A stretch of DNA of 63,481 bases, the filler included, from Octopus bimaculoides (Eukaryota): NCBI RefSeq assembly GCF_001194135.2. It is 4 parts of 4 records of this genome, joined end to end, with 100 filler letters (N's around TTAATTAATTAA, not from the genome) between each part and the next. Parts side by side here need not be neighbours in the genome. Positions count along the whole stretch, not along the records: positions 45,805 to 59,671 come from NC_068988.1; positions 59,772 to 63,481 come from NC_068981.1; 2 more parts are not named here. The stretch is one strand, 5' to 3'. The notes beneath the pieces were generated by a model. The model made no database searches and was not told the DNA's origin. It saw nothing but the letters and a program-made list of their open reading frames with translations. Shown here piece after piece: positions 53,301-63,481 of this stretch (positions are counted from its first letter, which is position 1; each line of letters starts with the position of its first letter). A program made the translations under genes and the position numbers.

Positions 53301-54190
53301 CCGCAATACTGAAGGCCATGACCTGGGCTGAATGTTTTGTTCTGAAGATGCCCCTGATGTCAGCTATTGACTCCGCAATGTACCGGTTCTTTCTGCCGTT
53401 CACAACAGCATCCAACTGAGATCTTCTCGTCAGAGAAAATTTTCACAGTTGACTCATTCTTCTTGAGGTATGTGAGAACCATTTTGCACCTCTTCAATCT
53501 CCTGGCCTTCATAGGTTCTGTCAGCAGGTGTTTTGGTGTCCTGGTGCAGGACTTGAGGTCCAAGTCATCATTCACAGCTGTTCTGATGGTCCTCAAGTTC
53601 AGAAGCCAGTATCCTTATGGATGTGGTTGGGTCCGTTGAAATTTTGAACTTGAGGGTGTTTCTGAAGTCTTGATTCCACTTCTTGTTGGTCCTTTCGCTG
53701 CCAGACTTCCTCTGAATGCTGTTGCCCATATCCATTCTTTTCTTGACGTTGTAAGGATACTCCAACTATGCTTAAGGTCGTCTTCGGATCGACTTGTGCA
53801 CGGACCAAATCATATACTCTTTAACATTTGTCTTCCTGAGCAGTCATATTCTTGCCCCAAAAGGAGTTTATTATTAGCTGGCAATGTATTCTTTGTTCTG
53901 CATTAGGTTTCATATCATTTGGTGTAGTGGTTGCTGTGAAATATTAGTGTAACTTTAAATGCAAGTTTTGCTTCCCCACCCTGAAGACGAACTGGCATGT
54001 CTATTCTGGAGGACTTTCCAGTTGGGGACTATTATGGATAATTTCCAGATATCTTTGACCTGGCAGTGCTACCGGGGGTGGGGGCGCTGCCGGTTTGAGA
54101 TACACTCTACAGGCACGGGTGTGCTGTCAGACGGGCTTGCCCGAAGTGCTCGCAGAGCGAAGAAACCTTTCTGCATGCACTCGTTCAATG
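50380..54190 (+). mobile_element. Degenerate Tx1/L1-clade LINE, interrupted by a Tc1/mariner element
   Basis: APE remnant (FRLVAIYAPT...LVLVG), RT start (NFRQITLLNIEFKILAKVLAKRL), and CPKC..E...H zinc knuckle at about 54138-54190. The sequence resumes after 53983. Confidence 0.85.
52788..53983 (-). mobile_element. Near-full-length Tc1/mariner element (maT/DD37D-like), pseudogenised transposase
   Basis: 24-bp TIRs caaggtggggaagcaaaacttgca / tgcaagttttgcttccccaccctg. Motifs FSDEK, WTQDGAHSH and SPDLN(P)LDY with a stop and a frameshift. Confidence 0.9.
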
Positions 54191-55370
54191 AGAGCTTGTT
54201 TTTGAGCGCTGCACACTAATGCTTCAGTGGGCCCTTTTAAGTCTCCTTTCTGCAGCCATTGCCAGGTTCTATTCCAATCAATCTCGTCTTTATTCTTCAA
54301 GAGCTGACTGCTTTTGTCCTGCCAAATTTTCTTCATCTTCTCTCTCTGGTCTTTCATAATTTCTGTTGGATCTACGGCTTCATTCACTTTTAAGGTTCCC
54401 TGCATTTTCACTGCTTCAGTCACTTCTTTACTGCCCTTGACATACCAAGCCAGGCTATTCTACTCTTCCCTTACACAACCTTCACCGTCATCCCTTCCTC
54501 TTCTTTACATACAATCTTGATACATTCATTAATTTACGTGTTCTCCGGTCTATCTCTTGTAATTCATGCTTCTTCCAAGATATTATTCCTGCCCCATATC
54601 TCATCAAAGCAACAGCCCATTTGTTAATTGCTCTAATTTTATAGCGGCCATTTAGCTTCGATTGGAACACAAGCCGAGTTCTCCTCAAATACTCTTTCTT
54701 GTACATTTATTTCATCTTGTGTTCATTCATCTTATCTTATACCCAGGTACTTATATCCTTCATCTCCGACTTCCTTTATAGTTTCACCACTTCCCAGCTT
54801 TATCCCATGGGTTTTACTGATTTTGCCCCTTTTGAGTATCATTACACCACATTTCTCGATCCCAAATTCCATGCCAATAGCTTTGCTAATCATCTGTACA
54901 GTTGCCGTCAAACTCTCAATTTCTTTCTCGGTTTTAGTGAATAGCTTTGGTTATCCCATAAACCACAGGTTGTTTACTTTCACCATGCCTAGCATGTACC
55001 CCACACACATCTTTCTTAAAACGCTCGTTAGTGGCAGTATGCAGACAACAAATAGGAGAAGCGACAGACTTCCGCCTAGAAAGATTCCTCTTTTGATATT
55101 TACCTCTCTCAGCTTATCTCCCCATGTTGTGAGTTTAGTTCCCCACGTTGTCATTGAGATTTGGATTAACTTCAGGATACTGTGGGAGACCATACGCAGT
55201 TTAGCGCATTCAATAATCCACGAGTGCGGGACCATGTTATATGCTTTTCTGTTGTCCACCCATACCATCGCCAAAGTTTTGTACCTCTTCTTGCAGTCAG
55301 CCAGGATAGTCTTATCGATTAGTAATTGATCCTTCGTTCCTCTGCTCTTACGTCTACACCTTTTATTATT
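54191..55370 (-). mobile_element. R4/Dong-like LINE RT fragment
   Basis: [72 protein letters not shown]. Confidence 0.9.
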
Positions 55371-55377
55371 ATTATTG

Positions 55378-55575
55378 AGTGAGAGAGCAGTGCATGCCAT
55401 CAAAGTGACACTGTGGTAAAATATACGAAGCCCATTATATCCATCATGACTACCCGTCTGATAAGGGTACACTAGGCACATGCATCACAGCCATATGTGA
55501 GCGACATGGTGATCTCATATCAAGATAAACAGTGCATGACCTCGCAGGTGGGGCCCAGTTAGAATTTTCTTCAGG
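55378..55575. mobile_element. Short interspersed repeat (recalled common Octopus family), truncated by gap
   Basis: Abrupt switch from LINE sequence after a (TAT)n tract. ORF 54951..55481 reads through this junction. Confidence 0.5.
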
Positions 55576-55999
55576 NNNNNNNNNNNNNNNNNNNNNNNNN
55601 NNNNNNNNNNNNNNNNNNNNNNNNNNNNNNNNNNNNNNNNNNNNNNNNNNNNNNNNNNNNNNNNNNNNNNNNNNNNNNNNNNNNNNNNNNNNNNNNNNNN
55701 NNNNNNNNNNNNNNNNNNNNNNNNNNNNNNNNNNNNNNNNNNNNNNNNNNNNNNNNNNNNNNNNNNNNNNNNNNNNNNNNNNNNNNNNNNNNNNNNNNNN
55801 NNNNNNNNNNNNNNNNNNNNNNNNNNNNNNNNNNNNNNNNNNNNNNNNNNNNNNNNNNNNNNNNNNNNNNNNNNNNNNNNNNNNNNNNNNNNNNNNNNNN
55901 NNNNNNNNNNNNNNNNNNNNNTTATTATTATTATTATTATTATTATTGTTGTCATTATATTTTAAAAGATTGACGTAACTCTTCACACAAAGGTAAACA

Positions 56000-57086
56000 G
56001 AAAAGACGAAAAGCGCAATGTGATTGCAATAGATATTTTATTGGTCGAACGATATTTCGACAGCAAGCCTGTCTTTGTCGAGTTCAAAATAAAAAAGTGA
56101 TAAAAATTCAAAATTATAGAAATTTTCCCCTTATGAAGAATGTTACAGTTATCTAGGGGTGGATGAAAACATATCTTACAATGGCACCTGTAACAAAACA
56201 CATGTCACTAAAGAATATTACAGTCAAATAAAGAAAATATGGTCAATAAAACTGGCCCACAATGTGTTTGCCGTGACAGCAGTACTCATACCAGAATTTG
56301 GGCTGCTTGATTGGACGTGTCAATTTTACTGTCTTCTTCAAGCTTTTGGGCAACATACCCATGCATGGTCGTTTTTTGTATGCTGAGTGCTTTCCATCCA
56401 AGTCTTCTCTGAGGTAAGAAAGCCCAGTTGTTAGGGGGCTGTATAGGAGATCATAAGGAAGAGAGTGTTTCTTGAGAAGCTCACTGCCAACTCGTACAAT
56501 GTTATTCACTTCACTTTTCAGGACTGCAACAATATATTTTTTTTGCTGTTGTTGCTTAGCAGGTGGTGCCTGAGTGATACCATACGGCATTCGAAGGCCG
56601 TCTGCATTGATCTCAGACCTCTACCACCTTCATTTCTGTTTCTGTGGAAGTTCCCATTTGTTGTCAGGATTTTGCAGGTTTTGATATCTATGGAGTGGAT
56701 TTCCTCTACAGACCAATCAAGTATCCCAAATGCTAGGATCAGCACTGGTGTTACAACTGCATTGTGGGATATTGTTTTGTTGTAAGAAGAGAGTTCCGAC
56801 AGCCATATTTTCCTAAGTCTGGTATAATATTCTCGGATCTCTATCTTTATTCGCAGTACTTTCATATGATGCATTTTCGTCTATGCCTGGGTACTTGTAA
56901 CATTCTTTGTGTGGAATGGGGGAGATAGATAGACCTTTGATGCACAGGTTTTGGGTTTAGGGGACTGACTTTCCTCGTTCTATAACTAAATATGAACATT
57001 TCTTTTGGCCAAATTCCATGCCTATATCAGCTGAAAATGTTGTTTTTTGACATTGTTTTTGGCAATTTCAGTTGTTGTTTTTTTTT

Positions 57087-57122
<36 letters not shown>

Positions 57123-58800
57123 TTGTTAACATGTTTAGCATAAATCTTCAAGTCGTCTACAAAGAAATTATGAGTTACATTGATAATTCTAGCAGTTGAA
57201 GATCCTAGCGTGTAACCATTTGTTTTCTGCAGTAGGAACGATAATAGATTTAGTGCCAAAATGAAAAGAAGTACAGTAAGACCATCTCCTGGAATATTTC
57301 CTTTGTAATGCCTATACTATTAGAAACAATTATTCTGTTCTCAGTTGTAAGGGTAAGAATAATTGTTCATGTCTTTGTGAGTCTCTCTATAGCAACAATT
57401 AAGGTAGTAGGTATCTTTGCCAGATGTAGGCACTTCAACAGCCATGAATGAGGGATAGAGTCGAGTGCCTTCTTATAGTCAAGTCACCTTATAGTCAAGC
57501 AATTTCTGCGTTTTCTTACTTCAGACAGTACAGTTTTCTTTATTAAAAGAGGTTTGGCACATCCCTACACACTCTTCTTTCCACCACCCTGTTCATCAGT
57601 CACAATATTGTTCGATTCACAATGGCCCTGGAGGAATTGGTTGAGGCAACTTGCGTACAGTTTGTACATAATGTTTAGGCAAGCAATGGGCCTGTAGTTT
57701 CCTGCATCTCGGTGATTTCATTTTTCGCAACAAGATTTGTTCTTGCTGTAGCAAGCCAATTTGATATATCAGTCTGTAATTTTAAAATGCTTTGAGTTGG
57801 ATGTATTCCGCAGTCTTCTTTACTGAGTCAGCTAAATTTGGAGCCCTATCCACACAGCTGAATTGCAAGATTATAGTGATTTACCATTGCGTAAGCTACA
57901 GTGAGATGTCCCCACAAGATGAAACAGTACTTTTCTAATGCTGCAGAGTCTGCTGCAGGTCAAAGAAGCAATAATCATCTACATGTCAGACGAAGAGAAG
58001 TAATATAAAGGTCCAAAACCGTTCGATTCTAATTGGGAAAAGATTTTAAAATACATCAATGTTTTAGACTTATTCTGTCAGGCTACAGTCCTACTTGGCG
58101 ATCCTGTCGTAATGGATGCAATAAACGTTATCAGTAGTTTTGATATTACCGTCAGCCAGCAATTTAAATCCAAAATGTAGGTTTATATTTCATAACTCGA
58201 TTCTTCTCCACCGCCATTTTACTGTTGCTGCTATTGTTTCCCAACTTCCGGCACATTTATTAATGATGGGTAGAAAATTGTTTGCGAACTGTAATTTTAA
58301 AATGTCTTTGAGTTGGCTGTATTCCGCAGTCTTCTTTACTGAGTCAGCTAAATTTGGAGACACTCGAATTTAGTGATGGCGGGAGCGGTGGTTTGGTTGC
58401 ATTGTTTTACGTCGCTTCTGGCAGATTTTGACCCATTTTCAGTGTTTTGAGAGAATCGAGGACCAGTTGATTTGCCTTTTTTTTACAAAAGATGCTTGTT
58501 ATCGTAGCTGTTTCGCCGTGAAGGTATTTAAGTTGGGAAGAGCTTCGTCCCAGTATTGTTTTAACTGCTTCATGTATTCGATTGAAGGGTCATCTCGGTC
58601 TTTTTCATGGCACCGAAGTAAATCGTGGTTTAGTTGTTGAGTCCAATTAAAATGAGAAAAGTACTTACGTTTTCTTAAATAACTTACTGGTGAAGTGGTT
58701 CTGTTTTCATCGGTGGTGACGTTGTTAGTTTCATCTGTAGTGGTGTTAGTTTCAGCCATAATCGTCTTAGCAAGATTCCACGTGGTGTAGATGTATATTT
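56000..58800 (-). mobile_element. Rearranged, degenerate R4/Dong-like LINE including its N-terminal region
   Basis: REYYTRLRKIWLSELSSYNK...GGRGLRSMQ, RGIFQ-like region, and an N-terminal W...LN.DL motif. A plus-strand fragment lies at about 56150-56330. Confidence 0.8.
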
Positions 58801-59638
58801 TAAAATCTGTTCAGGACAGTGCTATAATGGCGAGTAAAAGGTGTTTCCCTTATTAATTATTGGAGAAATAAACCAGTTACCGATTTTGGCTGGAGAAGTC
58901 GGCATATTTCTAGAGGAAGGCGTTCAAAACGGACTTTTTAAACGGTTTTCTACACCTTCACGTCCGATGTTGACGGCACCATTATGTATGTATGTATGTA
59001 TGTATGTATGTATGTATGTATGTATGTGTATGTGTGAATGTGTGTGTGAGCGTATGTTTGTGATAGTGTGCGTGTGTATGTGTATGTAACTTTTATGTCT
59101 GTGTGTATATGTTGACTTGAAAAGTTATTGTAAATGTTTAATACCTTGTCTGTAACCAAAACAGCTCAACATTTTTTTCGTCTTCATTGCTGTTGTAGAG
59201 TGGTTTATGATATTTGTTACACTGTCGCCCTTTTTTTGTAATTATTATGGTATGGGATAATTTTGATAGGTTAGACTCAGCTCTATCTCTCTTTGGCTAA
59301 GAAATTTTTCCCAAGTGGTGCTTGCAAGAAAATACACCGTTAATATAGCTGGCTCATAATTGGGCTTCTTGTTTCTACCAATATAATACACAGTACTGCC
59401 GGTTTGCGACCTATAAAAACACTAGAGTGAAACTAGGGTAGAGGAGTAACACACACTCAAACACAAACATAAGTTCTGTTCAATATTGTCCATCAATCTA
59501 TGAGAAACATTTTAAGGATCAGTTATTCGTGGAAACTCCTTATTGGTAGCCTATTTACACTTATGCGTGCACGTGTGCGCCCGCGCGTGCATTTTGATTG
59601 AGTACATGTGTGTTAATATTTGTTTGTGTGTTTATATG

Positions 59639-59671
<33 letters not shown>

Positions 59672-60108
59672 NNNNNNNNNNNNNNNNNNNNNNNNNNNNN
59701 NNNNNNNNNNNNNNNTTAATTAATTAANNNNNNNNNNNNNNNNNNNNNNNNNNNNNNNNNNNNNNNNNNNNTATGTAAATAAATATATTTATATAATACG
59801 CATTTTATATACACTCGCATACATGTATATATAAATATATATGTGTGCATATATATTTATAAATATATTTATATGTATGTATATATATATGTATATGTGC
59901 ATATACATATATATACTGATATGTAGAAATAAATACATATGTACATGCATGTATACATAAATACTATGTGTATATATAAATATTTATACGTGTGTGTGTG
60001 TAAATTTGTGTGTGTTTCTGCGTGCGCGTATGTATGCATTTATACGTATGTATCTATTGATATATGTGTTTGTTTGTGTGTGTGAGAGTGTATGTGTATG
60101 TGAGTGCG

Positions 60109-60167
<59 letters not shown>

Positions 60168-60494
60168 TTAAATATATATACGTATTCAAATATATATGTA
60201 TAAATACCCATAGACATATGTATGTATGTGCAGGTGTCTTTGCGTAAGTGTGTGTACGTGCGTGTGTGTGTACGTGCGTGTGTGTGTCTACACGTGTGTG
60301 TGTATACAGCTATATGAATGCGTATATTCACAAAATATCGATATTCAGACCTAGATACAGTAAACATGGTTATTGATTCTCGCCCGTTTTGCCATCCTGT
60401 TTTGCCAATATAATATACTTAATATTCACATACATATATATGCATATGTGCACACAACCTTGTAATGCATGTTGACACACATATACATACATAC

Positions 60495-60527
<33 letters not shown>

Positions 60528-61009
60528 NNNNNNNNNNNNNNNNNNNNNNNNNNNNNNNNNNNNNNNNNNNNNNNNNNNNNNNNNNNNNNNNNNNNNNNNN
60601 NNNNNNNNNNNNNNNNNNNNNNNNNNNNNNNNNNNNNNNNNNNNNNNNNNNNNNNNNNNNNNNNNNNNNNNNNNNNNNNNNNNNNNNNNNNNNNNNNNNN
60701 NNNNNNNNNNNNNNNNNNNNNNNNNNNNNNNNNNNNNNNNNNNNNNNNNNNNNNNNNNNNNNNNNNNNNNNNNNNNNNNNNNNNNNNNNNNNNNNNNNNN
60801 NNNNNNNNNNNNNNNNNNNNNNNNNNNNNNNNNNNNNNNNNNNNNNNNNNNNNNNNNNNNNNNNNNNNNNNNNNNNNNNNNNNNNNNNNNNNNNNNNNNN
60901 NNNNNNNNNNNNNNNNNNNNNNNNNNNNNNNNNNNNNNNNNNNNNNNNNNNNNNNNNNNNNNNNNNNNNNNNNNNNNNNNNNNNNNNNNNNNNNNNNNNN
61001 NNNNNNNNN

Positions 61010-61053
<44 letters not shown>

Positions 61054-61976
61054 GAACACACACAAGCATACATATGTATATATTATTTCCGCATGTAAGC
61101 AATGGAAGTTCTGTATGGATGTCTGTGTATGTGTGTGTGCTCGCGCGCTCGTACATACTTTTATACATGCACAAATATTTTATACATGCGCAAATATTTA
61201 TGTAAATTGTTAATATGTGCCAAGCTTATACTTTATATTGTCGTAAATACACACAGTATTGCTCGCACGCTCCCCTGACATATACATACACACACACTAA
61301 CATACATATATATACACCTATACATACATACATTTTCACGCGCGTACATATTTGTCTATAGATAGTAATGCTTATTTGTATTATATAGACATTTGTGTGT
61401 AAATATGTATACATACTTAAATAGATATGTTCATACATGAAAAGGTATACATATTTTCATACATGCATTTCATATATGCATTCATACGTGCGTACGTACA
61501 TACATACATGCATGCATGCATGCATCCATCCATACATACATACATACATACATGCATTCATGCATACATACATACATACATACATACATACATACATACA
61601 TACATACGTACGTACGTACGTACGTACGTTCGTACATGGTTGTATACGAACATGCTTGCTTCAATGTATTTATGTATTTGTGTGTATTTATATACGAGGT
61701 GTATCTCATGCAGAAGGTGTATGGATGAAGGTCAGATATTCCCTTGATGTGGGTACACAACCATAATACCAAGGTGATGAGTAATACTACAGGACTGTGT
61801 GCTGTTACGATGGTCTTGGATCTGAGAAGTAATCTCGTTCTAGTCTCACAGGAATATTCAATCGGCAGACGACACCGTGGATGGTGGGGGTTGGTGGGGA
61901 GAGAAAGAGAGAATGATTGAGAGGCAATGGGTGATTGTCTGTGTGTGTGTACGTGTGTGTGTGTCTGTGTGTGTGT

Positions 61977-62068
<92 letters not shown>

Positions 62069-62259
62069 CATGTGTTTGTGTGACAGTGGCATAAGAATTA
62101 GAGAGAGGGTGAGAGTTTGTAATGTGAGGGATTCTGTCGGTCAGATAGGAGTTCGTGATACAGTAACAGTGTTACAGTGAGAGGATTAAGTGTGATGAGA
62201 AGAGACAGGTAGAGAGAAATACATCGACGTTGGTGAGAGTCATATATATACATACATAT

Positions 62260-62313
<54 letters not shown>

Positions 62314-63415
62314 GCATGAATGTATGTATATTACATAAAAGGAACATACAGTAAACGTGTGATGGAGGTTAGGGATAAGATAATGGGAGATGGGCTGGTT
62401 GGCCTGGAATGAAAGAAAGAAAGAACCGAAAGAAAGATTATGAAACAGAAAAGAAACGAGGAAATTTGAGAAACAAGGACAAAGAGAAACAACAAGGGAA
62501 TGAGAGAGAGAGAGAGATAAAGAAAGGGATAGAAGTGGAATGTATGATCAAAGATAAAGAAAGATAAGATACGACAGTCCGAGAGAAAGAAAAATATAAC
62601 AGATGGTAAGAGAGCGGGAACGTGAGAAAATGCAAAGTAAGAGAGATCTTAAATAGAAAGACAGAGGAAATATAAGAGGGTGAGCAAAGAGAATGCCTGA
62701 GCAAAAGTGAGAGCATAGAAAAGTAAGTGAGAGTGGAGTGAAAGAGCGAGAAAGACAGAAGAAAACGGGAGAGGGAAACAGAGCGTGAGAGAGAGTGTAG
62801 GATGTGCGGCCGATTTTGGTTGGACACAGCCAATGCCAGTAAAAAAAGTGGCAAGGGAGATTTCCAGAGGAAGTGAGTTCCTCCTCACAAAAATTTATGA
62901 CCGTTCAGCTGAAATTATGCCAGTAGGCAATAAGGTAGCTTGAATACTAAGGGGGACTGCTCGCTTCTTCGACAAACACCAAGTGACCAGGAAGAAGAAC
63001 ACAAATAAATCTATCAAAGCCAAGACGAAAATGAAAGTATTAGCAGGAAGCAGAACAGAACAAAAAGGGTAAAAGGAAATAAATCGCGTCGCAAGATAGT
63101 AGTCAAAGGAACCTGTGTACAACTGAGGAATGGAATACCAAAAATATTATCATCATATTACTCTAACAATCTACTTCAGCCAAAGGTGTGGCAATTTTTA
63201 TACCTATATATTCATATATATATATATTTTTTTATCTTACTCGCATTCTATTTCTTCTTTTTTTTCATTTTGTTTTGTTTTATTTTATATTACTGTTTGA
63301 TTCATGTCCGTCCGTCTGTCTGCCTGTTTATATGATTACACGTTTGTCTGTCTTTCTGTCTCTTTCTCACTCTCTCTATATATATATATGTATATATATG
63401 AGTGTATATATATGA

Positions 63416-63481
<66 letters not shown>

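Noticed and set aside
62380-63130. Purine-rich region and stop-interrupted frame GCAADFGWTQPMP...
   Set aside because: Low complexity followed by several in-frame stops; no recognisable family or splice support.

Overview
AT-rich eukaryotic genomic DNA, dense in microsatellites and with many N gaps. From its SINE, MITE and LINE repertoire it is most likely Octopus (inference from recalled repeat families). Most ORF-track entries are microsatellite, gap or antisense artefacts. The left half (about 0.7-33.6 kb) holds short minus-strand exons of an unrecognised coiled-coil gene. Three are well supported (18255-18351, 10318-10577, 3822-3889), and there are weaker candidates. Divergent GTAAGG splice donors at 33568 (-) and 33815 (+) suggest a bidirectional promoter. 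The right half is mostly decayed retroelements (RTE, R4/Dong-like, Tx1/L1, Penelope-like ends) plus a near-full-length Tc1/mariner (maT-like) element nested in the Tx1. The most interesting non-coding signals are several minimal type-I hammerhead-ribozyme-like motifs (one with a variant CUGUUGA core, one with an intact core beside a 160-nt hairpin), a MITE with an 8-bp TSD and a central telomeric-repeat palindrome, long near-perfect hairpins, and inverted repeat pairs bracketing exons. Three 100-bp N44-TTAATTAATTAA-N44 spacers are assembly joins, so linkage across them is not guaranteed. No CRISPR array, rRNA or functional tRNA gene was seen.
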